The notes: generated by a model not told the origin, from the letters alone. A stretch of DNA of 32,000 nt from Longivirga aurantiaca (GCF_042660085.1 NZ_JBHSTI010000008.1:1299876-1331875), one strand, 5' to 3'. Counted from the first letter of the stretch, positions 1 through 9,082 are shown. Numbers and translations are program-made.

Positions 1-1
1 A

Positions 2-1990
2 CCGGGCATGTACATCGGGTCCACGGACGGCCGCGGCCTCATGCACTGCCTCTGGGAGATCATCGACAACGCGGTCGACGAGGCTCTGGCCGGCCACTGC
101 CACCTCATCGACGTCGTGCTGCACTCCGACGGCTCGGTCGAGGTCCGCGACGACGGTCGCGGCATCCCCGTCGACGTCGAGCCGAAGACCCGGCTCACCG
201 GTGTCGAGGTCGTCATGACCAAGCTGCACGCCGGCGGCAAGTTCGGCGGCGGGTCGTACACCGCGTCGGGCGGCCTGCACGGCGTCGGCGCGTCGGTGGT
301 CAACGCGCTGTCCGAGCGCCTCGACATCGAGGTCGACCGCGACTCCAAGATCCACACCATGTCGTTCAAGCGCGGCGTGCCGGGCCTGTTCGAGGGCGAC
401 GGCCCCGACGCCGAGTTCACGAAGAAGTCCGGCCTCGTGATCGCCGGGAAGGCAAAGAAGGGTGTCACTGGCACCCGGGTGCGCTACTGGGCCGACCGGC
501 AGATCTTCACCAAGGACGCCGAGTTCGACGTCGAGGCCCTGCGGGCCCGGGCGCGCCAGACCGCGTTCCTCGTGCCCGGGCTCACCCTGGTCATCCGTGA
601 CGAGCGCACCGACGAGGTGTCCGAGGAGACCTACGTCTTCAAGGGCGGCATCACGGAGTACGTCGAGTTCCTGTCGCAGGACGAGGCGGTCACCGGTGTG
701 CTGCGCCTCAAGGGCGCCGGGCACTTCAAGGAGACCGTGCCGGTGCTCGACGGCAAGGGGCACATGTCGTCGCAGGAGGTCGAGCGCGAGCTCGGCGTCG
801 ACGTCGCCATGCGCTGGGGCACCGGGTACGACACCGACGTCCGCAGCTACGTCAACATCATCGCGACGCCCAAGGGCGGCACGCACGTGAGCGGCTTCGA
901 CCGCGCGCTCACCAAGACGGTCAACGACGTCCTGCGCGGCCAGAAGGTGCTCAAGGCGTCCGAGGACAACGTGACCAAGGAGGACATCGCCGAGGGCCTC
1001 ACCGCCATCGTGACGGTGCGCCTCGCCGAGCCGCAGTTCGAGGGCCAGACCAAGGAGGTCCTCGGCACACCGGCGGCCACCCGCATCGTGTCCCACGTCG
1101 TGGCCAAGGAGCTCACCGCCTGGTTCACCTCGCCGCCGCGCGGCGACAAGGCCGCCACCAAGGCGGTGCTCGACAAGATCGCCAACGCCTCCCGTGCCCG
1201 GATCGCCGCTCGCACCCACCGCGACGTGCAGCGCCGCAAGAACGCGCTCGAGTCCTCCGCGCTGCCCGCGAAGCTGGCCGACTGCCGCAGCGACGACGTC
1301 GAGCGCAGCGAGCTGTTCATCGTCGAGGGCGACTCCGCGCTCGGCACCGCCAAGCTCGCGCGCAGCGCCGAGTACCAGGCGCTGCTTCCGATCCGCGGCA
1401 AGATCCTGAACACCCAGAAGGCGTCCGTCGCCGACATGCTGAAGAACACCGAGTGCGCCGCGATCATCCAGGTGATCGGCGCGGGCTCCGGCCGCACGTT
1501 CGACCTCGCCCAGGCGCGCTACGGCAAGGTGATCGTGATGTCCGACGCCGACGTCGACGGCGCCCACATCCGCTGCCTGCTGCTCACGCTCGTGCACCGC
1601 TACATGCGGCCGCTGCTCGAGGATGGCCGCGTCTACGCCGCAGTCCCGCCGCTGCACCGGTTCGAGATCACCAACCCGGGCACGAAGAAGAACGACGTCG
1701 TCTACACGTACTCCGAGGAGGAGTACCGCGCGATGCTCGCCGACCTCACGTCCAAGGGCCGGTCGTTCAAGACGCCGCAGCGCTACAAGGGCCTCGGCGA
1801 GATGGACGCCTCGCAGCTGCGTGAGACCACCATGGACCCCGCGTCGCGCACCCTGCGCCGCATCACCATCTCGGAGACCGACGCCGCGCTCGAGGTCTTC
1901 GACCTCCTCATGGGCACGGACGTCGCCCCGCGCAAGGAGTTCATCGTCGAGGGCGCGCAGAGCCTCGACCGGGCACGCATCGACGCCTGA
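2..1990 (+). CDS. parE: Type IIA DNA topoisomerase subunit B (ParE-like, GyrB family), 5' end cut by window edge
   Basis: ORF 8..1990. The frame stays open back to nt 2 (PGMYIGST is the conserved GyrB/ParE motif), so the true start is upstream. GHKL ATPase motifs (EIIDNAVDEA, GGLHGVG), Toprim motifs (ELFIVEGDSA, MSDADVDGAHI) and QRYKGLGEM are present. Calling it ParE rather than GyrB is inference, because the subunit-A partner (23447..25951) is not adjacent. Confidence 0.9.
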   Translation, partial: PGMYIGSTDGRGLMHCLWEIIDNAVDEALAGHCHLIDVVLHSDGSVEVRDDGRGIPVDVEPKTRLTGVEVVMTKLHAGGKFGGGSYTASGGLHGVGASVVNALSERLDIEVDRDSKIHTMSFKRGVPGLFEGDGPDAEFTKKSGLVIAGKAKKGVTGTRVRYWADRQIFTKDAEFDVEALRARARQTAFLVPGLTLVIRDERTDEVSEETYVFKGGITEYVEFLSQDEAVTGVLRLKGAGHFKETVPVLDGKGHMSSQEVERELGVDVAMRWGTGYDTDVRSYVNIIATPKGGTHVSGFDRALTKTVNDVLRGQKVLKASEDNVTKEDIAEGLTAIVTVRLAEPQFEGQTKEVLGTPAATRIVSHVVAKELTAWFTSPPRGDKAATKAVLDKIANASRARIAARTHRDVQRRKNALESSALPAKLADCRSDDVERSELFIVEGDSALGTAKLARSAEYQALLPIRGKILNTQKASVADMLKNTECAAIIQVIGAGSGRTFDLAQARYGKVIVMSDADVDGAHIRCLLLTLVHRYMRPLLEDGRVYAAVPPLHRFEITNPGTKKNDVVYTYSEEEYRAMLADLTSKGRSFKTPQRYKGLGEMDASQLRETTMDPASRTLRRITISETDAALEVFDLLMGTDVAPRKEFIVEGAQSLDRARIDA

Positions 1991-2030
1991 GCCTGGACAG
2001 GCGCGGGCGGCTCGGTGCCCACGGTCCGCC

Positions 2031-2900
2031 TCAGCGTGAGTCGATGTCGCGACGCCGGTAGACCGCGACGGCGGCACCGGTGAGCACGAGCGCCACCGAA
2101 GCCAGGAGCAGGGCGTCCAGCACGGCGAACCCCGACGTCAGCGGATCCGAGCGCAGGGCCCAGGCGAAGGGCGAGGCGTCCTGCCAGGGCTCCAGCCAGT
2201 CGGCCATGGGGGCGAGCGCATCGACGAGGAAAGCCGTGAGGGCGAGACCGATCCCGCCGCCGAGCACCGCTGCCCGATGGCCTGTGAGCGCGCCGAGCAC
2301 CAGACCGGCCGCCCCGACGAGCAGGGCCAGCAGCGTCACCATGGCGCACCCGGCAAGGATGCCGGCGGTGGACACGTCGAGGTCGACGAGTGGAGCGCCC
2401 ACGGCCACCGTGACTGCGGCGACAGCGGCGACGGCCACGACGGAGACGACCATCGCCAGGGCCTTGGCGAGCAGCACCGTGGTGCGGGCGACGGGGAGCG
2501 CAAGGAGCAGGTCCGCCGTGCCGCGCTCCTCCTCGGCGGCGGTCGCCGCGGCGGCGCTGCCGAGGGCGACGGCGACGAGCACGAGGGGCACGATCATGCT
2601 GAACAGCTCGGCGTTGAGGAACCCCGGACCGGTCGTGTAGGCGTCGAGGTCGAAGGCGGCACGGAAGGCCTCGGGCCACGCATCGAGCATCTGCTGCCAG
2701 CCGGCGGCGGTCGTGGCGATCGAGGGATAGACGGCGAGCTGCACGGCCGTGATGGCCGCAACTCCGACGGACCAGACGACAAGGGAGCGCGAGCGCTCGG
2801 CGAGGGCGCGCTGGGCGATCAGCAGCGCCTGGCGGCCCGGCCCGGGCGCGGGGGCGACCAGCTGCTCGGCCGTCGACGTGAGCGCCTCACGCGTCGACAT
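2031..2900 (-). CDS. ABC-2 type transporter permease
   Basis: Taken from ORF 2031..3062, started at the internal ATG at 2900 (MSTREALTS...). That start overlaps the upstream ATPase stop (2887-2889) by 14 nt. The protein is hydrophobic with several Ala/Val/Leu-rich predicted helices. The N-terminal extension in the ORF track is Arg/Pro/Ser-rich and overlaps the ATPase gene. Confidence 0.75.
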   Translation of the reverse strand: MSTREALTSTAEQLVAPAPGPGRQALLIAQRALAERSRSLVVWSVGVAAITAVQLAVYPSIATTAAGWQQMLDAWPEAFRAAFDLDAYTTGPGFLNAELFSMIVPLVLVAVALGSAAAATAAEEERGTADLLLALPVARTTVLLAKALAMVVSVVAVAAVAAVTVAVGAPLVDLDVSTAGILAGCAMVTLLALLVGAAGLVLGALTGHRAAVLGGGIGLALTAFLVDALAPMADWLEPWQDASPFAWALRSDPLTSGFAVLDALLLASVALVLTGAAVAVYRRRDIDSR

Positions 2901-3795
2901 GATCGGCACCTCCCAGGTATCCGAAGAAGGCGTCCTCGAGATCGGGGTCGTGGGTGTGCACGTCCACGAGGCCGTACGCCGAGGCCGCGCTGACGAGGCC
3001 GCCGACGGGCCCGACCACGGTGCACACGGCCGTACGGCCGTGCACCCGGACCTCGCGCACACCCGGTGCCGAGGACAGGGCGGGCGGGGGGTCGCAGGCG
3101 AAGTCGAGCTCCACCTGCTTGGTGGCCTTCTCCCGCAGCCCGTCGACCGTGTCGACCACGACGAGGCGGCCCCGATCCATGATCGCTACCCGGTCGGCGA
3201 GGTGCTGCACCTCGGCGAGGACGTGGGACGAGAGCAGGACCGTCGCACCCTGGTCCTGCGACTCGCGCACCAGGGCCTGGAACTCCTGCTGCACGAGCGG
3301 GTCGAGGCCCGAGGTCGGCTCGTCCAGGACGAGCAGCCGGGGGCGGTGCAGGAAGGCCTGCACGACGCCGACCTTCTGCCTGTTCCCGCGTGAGAGCTCG
3401 CGGACCCGGCGGTCGAGGTCGAGGTCGAGACGCTCGGCGAGCGCGCGCATGCGGCCGCGGTCGAGGCCGCCGCGCAGCCGCGCGAGGTGTTCGAGGAGGG
3501 CGGCGGCCGTCATCCGGTCGTACAGGGCCAGGTCGCCGGGCAGGTAGCCGGTGCTGCGGCGGATCTCCACGCCGCGGGAGAGAGGCAGCCCGAGGACCTC
3601 GGCCGAGCCTGACGTGGGGCGGATGAGACCGAGCAGGGTGCGGATCGTGGTGGTCTTTCCGGCGCCGTTGGGTCCGAGCAGGCCGTACACCTCGCCCTCG
3701 TCGACCTCGAGGTCGAGGTGGACGACGCCGACGTGCCGTCCGTAGAACTTGGACAGCGCCGACGTGCGGACCGCGGGTCCGCGGCCGGTACCCAT
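2887..3795 (-). CDS. ABC transporter ATP-binding protein
   Basis: Walker A GPNGAGKTT, ABC signature LSRGNRQKV, Walker B LLVLDEPTSGLD, H-loop SSHVL. The ATG at 3795 is preferred because GGAG lies 9 nt upstream; a GTG at 3822 is an alternative. Confidence 0.9.
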   Translation of the reverse strand: MGTGRGPAVRTSALSKFYGRHVGVVHLDLEVDEGEVYGLLGPNGAGKTTTIRTLLGLIRPTSGSAEVLGLPLSRGVEIRRSTGYLPGDLALYDRMTAAALLEHLARLRGGLDRGRMRALAERLDLDLDRRVRELSRGNRQKVGVVQAFLHRPRLLVLDEPTSGLDPLVQQEFQALVRESQDQGATVLLSSHVLAEVQHLADRVAIMDRGRLVVVDTVDGLREKATKQVELDFACDPPPALSSAPGVREVRVHGRTAVCTVVGPVGGLVSAASAYGLVDVHTHDPDLEDAFFGYLGGADHVDA

Positions 3796-3840
3796 ACGGC
3801 AATTCTCCGCCCCCGCGATCACTGATGCGCGGCGGCTCGA

Positions 3841-4872
3841 TCAGCTCAGCATGTCGCGCACGAGCGGCATGACCTTCGTGCCGTACAGCTCGATGCTGCG
3901 CATGAGGTGCTGGTGCGGCAGCGGGCCGGACGAGTACTTCATGTCGAACCGGCTCAGGCCCAGCAGGCGCACGGTGGCCGCGATCTTCGTGGCGACCGTC
4001 TCGGGCGCTCCGACGTACAGCGCGCCCTGGGGCCCGGCCTGCGCCTCGAACTGGGCGCGGTTGGTCGGGCCCCAGCCCCGCTCGGCGCCGATGCGGTCGT
4101 GCATGGCCTTGTAGTGCGGCCAGATCTGCTCGCGCGCCTGCTCGTCGGAGTCGGCCACGTGGCCGGGGGAGTGCACGGCGATCGGCAGCTCGGGACGGCC
4201 GAGCTCGGCGAGCGCCCGGCGGTAGAGGTCGGCGAAGGGCACGAACCGCTCGGCCGGGCCGCCGATGATCGCGAGCACCAGCGGGAGGTCGTACCGCGCC
4301 GCGCGGACGACCGACTCGGGGCTGCCGCCCACGCCGATCCACGCGCGCAGGCCGTTCTCGGTGGTGGGGTAGACGCGCTGATCGGTCAACGGCGGGCGGG
4401 TGCTGCCGGACCAGGTCACCGGCTGCTCGGCGAGCAGCCGGGCGAAGAGGTCGAGCTTGTCGCTGAACAGCTCCTCGTACTCCCCGAGGTCGAAGCCGAA
4501 GAGGGGGAACGACTCGATGAACGAGCCACGGCCCAGGATCACCTCGGCGCGGCCGTGAGAGATGGCGTCGAGGGTGGCGAACCGCTGGAAGACGCGGATC
4601 GGGTCGTCGCTCGAGAGCACCGTGACCGCCGAGCCGAGCCGGATGCGCTGCGTCCGGGCGGCGATGGCCGTGAGCACGACGTCGGGCGCGCTGACCGCGA
4701 AGTCGGGGCGGTGGTGCTCGCCGACGCCGATGAAGTCGATGCCCACCTCGTCGGCGAGAACCCCCTCCTCGACGACGTCGCGGATCACCTGCGGCAGGGG
4801 CACGTACGTGCCGTCCTCGCGCACGGTGGTGTCACCGAAGGTGTCGATGCCGAGCTCGACCACGTCGCTCAT
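3841..4872 (-). CDS. LLM-class (luciferase-like) flavin/F420-dependent oxidoreductase
   Basis: N-terminal pattern typical of luciferase-like monooxygenases (ELGIDTFGD..., VGEHHRPDFAVSAPDVVLTAIAARTQRIRLGSAVTVL). Starts at ATG 4872 (MSDVVELG), with AGGA 5 nt upstream. Confidence 0.8.
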   Translation of the reverse strand: MSDVVELGIDTFGDTTVREDGTYVPLPQVIRDVVEEGVLADEVGIDFIGVGEHHRPDFAVSAPDVVLTAIAARTQRIRLGSAVTVLSSDDPIRVFQRFATLDAISHGRAEVILGRGSFIESFPLFGFDLGEYEELFSDKLDLFARLLAEQPVTWSGSTRPPLTDQRVYPTTENGLRAWIGVGGSPESVVRAARYDLPLVLAIIGGPAERFVPFADLYRRALAELGRPELPIAVHSPGHVADSDEQAREQIWPHYKAMHDRIGAERGWGPTNRAQFEAQAGPQGALYVGAPETVATKIAATVRLLGLSRFDMKYSSGPLPHQHLMRSIELYGTKVMPLVRDMLS

Positions 4873-4959
4873 CGTCGTCCTGTCCGATCGTGTGCACGGA
4901 ACGTCCCGCGCGCTCTCGGAGGCAACGTCCGGCACCCCGGTTTCATGCCCGTCGCGGGC

Positions 4960-5595
4960 TCAGAGCCCGAGCAGGGCCCGCAGTCCCGCGACCGAGGCGG
5001 CTGGGTCGGTGGTGTCGAACCGGAACGCCTGCAGGCCGGCGGCACGGGCGCCCTCGACGTTCGCGGTGAGGTCGTCCACGAACAGCACCCGCGAGGCCTC
5101 GGCGCCGAGCAGGTCGACCGCAGCCGCGTACGACGCGGGATCGGGCTTGCGGACGCCGATGTCGAGGGAGTCGACGATGCGCTCGAAGTAGTGGGCGTAC
5201 TCCCAGGACGCCTTCCAGCCCTCGCCGAGGAACTTGGTGGCGTCGTTGGTGAGCACGGCCTGCCGGTACCGGCTCGGGATGTCGGCGAGCAGCCCGACCA
5301 CGACCGGTCGGCCCTTTCCCTCCCAGCCGAGCTCGCGGAGCGCGTCGTACAGGTGCAGCCCGGGGACGGTCTCGCGGGCGAGCGCCTCGATGTCGCGCCA
5401 GTACTCGGGCTCGTCCCGCTCGCCGCTGTCGACGCGGTCGTACTCGGCGTCGCCCTCGGGCACGAACGGCCCTCGGGGAAGGGTGCCCTCGGGCATGCCG
5501 GTGCGCTCCTCGAGCTCGCCGAACCGCTCGAACGGGCTCTGGTACAGCACCTGCCCGATGTCCCACAGCACCACGTCGATCTCGCTCACGGCCAC
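4960..5595 (-). CDS. HAD-IA superfamily hydrolase (probable phosphatase, YihX / epoxide-hydrolase N-terminal-like), paralog 1
   Basis: HAD motifs are present: I VVLWDIGQVL (DxG variant), II AVLTND, III RKPDP, IV FVDD. GTG start at 5595 (or 5589), preceded by GAGAGGGAG. Confidence 0.8.
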   Translation of the reverse strand: MAVSEIDVVLWDIGQVLYQSPFERFGELEERTGMPEGTLPRGPFVPEGDAEYDRVDSGERDEPEYWRDIEALARETVPGLHLYDALRELGWEGKGRPVVVGLLADIPSRYRQAVLTNDATKFLGEGWKASWEYAHYFERIVDSLDIGVRKPDPASYAAAVDLLGAEASRVLFVDDLTANVEGARAAGLQAFRFDTTDPAASVAGLRALLGL

Positions 5596-5627
5596 TCCCT
5601 CTCGATGTCACCCGCACAGGACGAAAG

Positions 5628-5644
5628 ACGCCCTCCAGGGGCGT
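5628..5644 (-). terminator. Terminator-like hairpin after the Rieske ferredoxin gene
   Basis: On the minus strand: ACGCCC-CTGGA-GGGCGT (6-bp stem, 5-nt loop), followed directly by CTTTCGT. It lies in the 58-nt gap between 5654 and 5595. Confidence 0.3.
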
Positions 5645-5653
5645 GTTCCTTCC

Positions 5654-6022
5654 TCAACCACGCCCCGCGCGCGCAGACGCGAGCAGGATCTCGCGCAGGC
5701 TCGGCTGCGCGACCGGCTCCGGCAGGTCGACCTCGACGACGTCGCCGACCAGGCGGGCGGGGTACGCCGGCAGCCCTTCGCCCTCGCGGTCGTGCCGCGC
5801 GCCGGTGCGCAGGTCGTACTGGAACAGGTGCGACGGGCATGTGACCACGCCGTCGCGGATCACGCCGGTCGCCAGCGATGCCTGGCGGTGGCGGCACGCG
5901 TCCTCCACGGCGTACGGCGTCCCCTCGACGAGCGCCACGAGCACCGGGCACGCCTCGGTCTCGACGCGCAGGCGGCCGTGCCGCTCGACGTCGGCCAGCG
6001 GCACGGTGAGGGTGCGGGTCAC
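5654..6022 (-). CDS. Rieske-type [2Fe-2S] ferredoxin (oxygenase electron-transfer component)
   Basis: 122 aa with the Rieske ligand motif CRH-x16-CPSH. The size and absence of any catalytic domain fit a soluble Rieske ferredoxin. GTG start at 6022 with GAGGAG upstream. Confidence 0.85.
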   Translation of the reverse strand: MTRTLTVPLADVERHGRLRVETEACPVLVALVEGTPYAVEDACRHRQASLATGVIRDGVVTCPSHLFQYDLRTGARHDREGEGLPAYPARLVGDVVEVDLPEPVAQPSLREILLASARAGRG

Positions 6023-6043
6023 GGCGGCTCCTCGGGGAGGAAA

Positions 6044-6058
6044 GGGCAGAACCTGCCC
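6044..6058 (-). terminator. Terminator-like hairpin after the 4-oxalocrotonate tautomerase gene
   Basis: On the minus strand: GGGCAG-GTT-CTGCCC (6-bp stem), followed directly by TTTCCTCC. It lies in the 69-nt gap after the last gene of the dmpEFGHI-like block. Confidence 0.3.
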
Positions 6059-6091
6059 GTCACGGGCGCTGTCCGTCCTGGGCGGGTGAGA

Positions 6092-6316
6092 TCAGGCAGG
6101 GGGAGGGGAGGCGGCGTTGGGGTCGGTGCCGCGGACGGTGGCGAAGGGCTCGCCGCCGATGCCCCACTCGTCGGCGGTGATCTCGTAGATCGCGACGCGG
6201 ATGCGGTCCTTCGGCGTGCCGACCGCCTCGTGCATGGCGTCGGTGAGCTTCGCGATGAGGGCGTGCTTCTGCTCGACGGTGCGGCCCTGCACCATCGTCA
6301 CCTGGATCAGCGGCAT
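6092..6316 (-). CDS. dmpI: 4-oxalocrotonate tautomerase family enzyme
   Basis: 74 aa beginning MPLIQVTM (catalytic Pro1 after Met removal) with the typical beta-alpha-beta length. It sits immediately after the putative decarboxylase, as in dmpH-dmpI and xylI-xylH. Confidence 0.85.
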   Translation of the reverse strand: MPLIQVTMVQGRTVEQKHALIAKLTDAMHEAVGTPKDRIRVAIYEITADEWGIGGEPFATVRGTDPNAASPPPA

Positions 6317-6326
6317 GACTGTCTCC

Positions 6327-7103
6327 TCACCGGAACGCGATCTCCACCGACCCGAGGCGGTCGAACGAGGCGACGACGCTGTCGCCGGGGGCGACCGGGA
6401 TCGCCTCGGTCATCCCGCCGGCCATCACGACCTGCCCGGCCTGCAGGCCCATGCCGCGGGCGGCGAGCGCCCGCACCAGCCAGGCCACGGCGGCGGCAGG
6501 GTGCCCCATCACCGACGCGCCTGCAGCGGTCGAGACGAGCTCGCCGTTCTTCTGCAGGACGCACCCGGTCAGGCGCAGGTCGATGCCGTACGGGTCCAGC
6601 GGCGTTCCGCCGAGCACGAACCCGGCCGACGACGCGTTGTCGGCGACGACGTCGTTGAAGGTGAACGCGTACCCGGCGTACCGGGAGTCGAGGATGTCGA
6701 TCGCCCCGAACACCGCCTCGGTGGCCGCCAGCACGTGCGTGGCCGCGACGTGCGGGCCCTCGAGGTCGCGTCCGAGCAGGAACGCGATCTCGGGCTCCAC
6801 CCGTGGCTGGATGTAGTCCGCGCAGCGCACCGTCTGACCGGCGTCGACCTGCATGTCGCTGGTCAGCCACCCGTACAGCGGCCGGTCCACCTTCATCTGC
6901 GTCATCTTCGCCTTGCTCGTCAGCCCGAGCTTGGCGCCCATGAGCGGGTTGCCCGCCTCGATCCGCGCCCGGACCACCGCGTCCTGCACCTGCAGCGCCG
7001 TGGCCTCGTCGAGGTCGCGCGTGTCGGTGAACGGGGTCGTCGCCGTGCGAGTCCGCACGGCCTCCAGCAGCGTCCCGACGAAGGACTCGATCTCGTCGCT
7101 CAT
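6327..7103 (-). CDS. dmpH: MhpD/XylI/XylJ-family enzyme, probable 4-oxalocrotonate decarboxylase by gene order
   Basis: 258 aa with family motifs GAKLGLTS, VEPEIAFLLG and DILDSRY. Its start overlaps the aldolase stop (ATGA at 7100-7103). The decarboxylase assignment rests only on its position between the aldolase and the tautomerase (dmpG-H-I order). Confidence 0.7.
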   Translation of the reverse strand: MSDEIESFVGTLLEAVRTRTATTPFTDTRDLDEATALQVQDAVVRARIEAGNPLMGAKLGLTSKAKMTQMKVDRPLYGWLTSDMQVDAGQTVRCADYIQPRVEPEIAFLLGRDLEGPHVAATHVLAATEAVFGAIDILDSRYAGYAFTFNDVVADNASSAGFVLGGTPLDPYGIDLRLTGCVLQKNGELVSTAAGASVMGHPAAAVAWLVRALAARGMGLQAGQVVMAGGMTEAIPVAPGDSVVASFDRLGSVEIAFR

Positions 7104-8170
7104 GCGGTCCTCCCCTCGGCCTCGGCGTGCTTGCGGGCGAGCTCGACGGCGACGTCGATGATCATGTCCTCCTGGCCGCCGACCACCTTGCGCCTGCCCA
7201 GCTCGAGCAGGATCTCGGCCTGAGGGACGCCGTACCGCTCGGCGGCGCGCTCGGCGTGCAGCAGGAACGAGCCGTACACGCCGGCGTAGCCGAGCAGCAG
7301 GCCCGCGCGGTCGACCACCTGCTGGCGCGGCATGAGCGGCCGGGTGACCTCCTCGGCCAGGTCCATGAGCATGAGCGGGTTCACGCCGCTCACGATCCCG
7401 TTCTTCTCGCAGACCGCGGCCAGGATCTCGGTGGGGCAGTTGCCGGCGCCCGCGCCGAGCCCGGCGCTCGTTCCGTCGAGGTTGCGCGCGCCCTCCTCGT
7501 ACGCCGCGATCGAGTTCGCGACCGCGAGGGAGAGGTTCTGGTGCGCGTGCACGCCGAGCGGGACGTCGATGCCGCCCACGATCTCGGCCACGCGTGCGCG
7601 CACCTCGTTGGTGGTCATCGCGCCGGCCGAGTCGGCGATGTAGACCGTGTCGGCGCCGTAGCCCTCGAGCAGCTTCGCCTGCTGCAGGAGGCCCTGCGGC
7701 GTGTTCATGTGGCTCATCATCAGGAAGCCGATGGCCTCCATCCCGAGCTCCTTGGCGATCTTGATGTGCTGCTCGGTGATGTCGGCCTCGGTGCAGTGCA
7801 CCGCGATGCGGACGACGTTGACGCCGAGGTCGCGCACCCGCCGCAGCTCGTCCACCGTGCCGATGCCGGGCACGAGCAGCACGGCGATGTCGGCGTTGGT
7901 CGTGGCGTTGACGGCCGCCTCGACAAGCTTCATCTCGTCGACCTTGCTGAAGCCGTAGTTGAACGACGAGCCGCCGAGGCCGTCGCCGTGCGTCACCTCG
8001 ATCACCTGCACGCCGGCGGCGTCGAGGCCCTTGACGACCGCGACAACCTGGTCCTCGGTGTACTGGTGCGAGATGGCGTGCGAGCCGTCGCGCAGGGTCG
8101 AGTCGATGAGGCGGAAGTCGCGCTTCACCTCGGTGCCCGTGGGCGAGTCCGTGTCGATTACGGCGGTCAC
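7100..8170 (-). CDS. dmpG: 4-hydroxy-2-oxovalerate aldolase
   Basis: 356 aa. N-terminal [10 protein letters not shown] motif of the DmpG/MhpE/BphI aldolases, plus [13 protein letters not shown]. Its GTG start overlaps the dehydrogenase stop (GTGA at 8167-8170). Confidence 0.92.
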   Translation of the reverse strand: MTAVIDTDSPTGTEVKRDFRLIDSTLRDGSHAISHQYTEDQVVAVVKGLDAAGVQVIEVTHGDGLGGSSFNYGFSKVDEMKLVEAAVNATTNADIAVLLVPGIGTVDELRRVRDLGVNVVRIAVHCTEADITEQHIKIAKELGMEAIGFLMMSHMNTPQGLLQQAKLLEGYGADTVYIADSAGAMTTNEVRARVAEIVGGIDVPLGVHAHQNLSLAVANSIAAYEEGARNLDGTSAGLGAGAGNCPTEILAAVCEKNGIVSGVNPLMLMDLAEEVTRPLMPRQQVVDRAGLLLGYAGVYGSFLLHAERAAERYGVPQAEILLELGRRKVVGGQEDMIIDVAVELARKHAEAEGRTA

Positions 8171-9072
8171 GCCGAGACCTCCTGGTGCGTGGCGATTGCC
8201 TCGCCGACCCGGACCGCGGCAGCGGTCATGATGTCGAGGTTGCCGGCGTACGTCGGCAGGTAGTCGCCGGCGCCCTCCACCTCGAGGAGGACGACCGACC
8301 GGAACGGCACGACGCCGCCCGGGGTGTTGAAGGGGCCCTCCTCGATGAGGGGCGGGGACTTGAGGCGGTAGCCCGGCACGTACTTCGCGACGTCGGCCAC
8401 CATCTGCACGATCGACTCGACCACGGCGTCGTGGTCGGTGCCGTCCGGCAGGGCGCAGAACACGGTGTTGCGCATCAGGATCGGCGGCTCGGCCGGGTTG
8501 AGCACGATGATGGCCTTGCCGATCTCGGCGCCGCCCACCTCGACCAGGGCCTGGCGCGTGGTGCGGGTGAACTCGTCGATGTTGGCCCGGGTGCCCGGAC
8601 CGGCCGACTTCGAGGACACGGCCGACACCATCTCGGCGTACGGCACGCGCGTGACGCGGCTGACGGCGGCGACCATCGGGGTCGTCGCCTGGCCCCCGCA
8701 GGTGACCATGTTGACGTTGATCGCGTCGAGGTGCTCCTCGAGGTTGACCGCGGCGATGACCTTCGGCCCGCGGGCGGCCGGCGTGAGGTCGACCGCCCGG
8801 ATGCCGAGCTCCTCGAGCACCTTGGCGTGCCGCACGTGGGCGTAGGCGCTGGTCGCGTCGAAGACCATGCGCACGGCGTCCGGGTTCTCGCGCACCCAGT
8901 CGATGCCGTTGCTCGGCGCCTCGTAGCCGCGCTCGCGTGCCCGCGAGAGGCCGTCGCTCTCGGGGTCGATGCCGATGAGCGCCACGAGGTCGAGCGAGGG
9001 TGACCGCTCGAGCTTGTACATGAGGTCGGTGCCGATGTTGCCGGACCCGATGATGGCGACGGGGAGTCCCAC
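8167..9072 (-). CDS. dmpF: Acetaldehyde dehydrogenase (acetylating)
   Basis: Rossmann motif [13 protein letters not shown], then the DmpF/MhpF-like body ([11 protein letters not shown] with the catalytic Cys). I start it at GTG 9072 (301 aa), with AAGGGA upstream. The ORF-track extension to 9174 overlaps the upstream gene and is Arg/Ser/Pro-rich. Confidence 0.9.
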   Translation of the reverse strand: MGLPVAIIGSGNIGTDLMYKLERSPSLDLVALIGIDPESDGLSRARERGYEAPSNGIDWVRENPDAVRMVFDATSAYAHVRHAKVLEELGIRAVDLTPAARGPKVIAAVNLEEHLDAINVNMVTCGGQATTPMVAAVSRVTRVPYAEMVSAVSSKSAGPGTRANIDEFTRTTRQALVEVGGAEIGKAIIVLNPAEPPILMRNTVFCALPDGTDHDAVVESIVQMVADVAKYVPGYRLKSPPLIEEGPFNTPGGVVPFRSVVLLEVEGAGDYLPTYAGNLDIMTAAAVRVGEAIATHQEVSA

Positions 9073-9082
9073 GATGATCCCT

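Noticed and set aside
1991-2030. Expected bidirectional terminator between the convergent parE-like and permease genes
   Set aside because: I found no convincing stem in the 40-nt gap, only a 5-bp GGCGG/CCGCC pair with a 15-nt loop.
4947-4959. GCCCG-TCG-CGGGC hairpin right after the HAD gene stop
   Set aside because: It has only 5 bp and no U-tract, which is too weak to call a terminator.
4960-5595. The DxG motif I (no second Asp) in both HAD proteins might mean they are not phosphatases, for example dehalogenase-like or a substitute C-C hydrolase
   Set aside because: Characterised phosphatases such as E. coli YihX also use D-x-G in motif I, so the motif alone does not support a non-phosphatase chemistry.
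3907-5844. 645-aa plus-strand ORF across the LLM, HAD and Rieske ferredoxin genes (similar cases: 5234..6658, 2819..4342, 10632..12356, 12317..13267, 13159..14280, 14253..15473, 15528..17360, 17335..18672, 20356..21777, 23909..26008)
   Set aside because: All lie antisense or out of frame to genes with recognisable catalytic motifs. Their composition is skewed to Arg/Gly/Ala/Asp/His/Val and they have no motifs. These are the expected long spurious ORFs of very GC-rich DNA.
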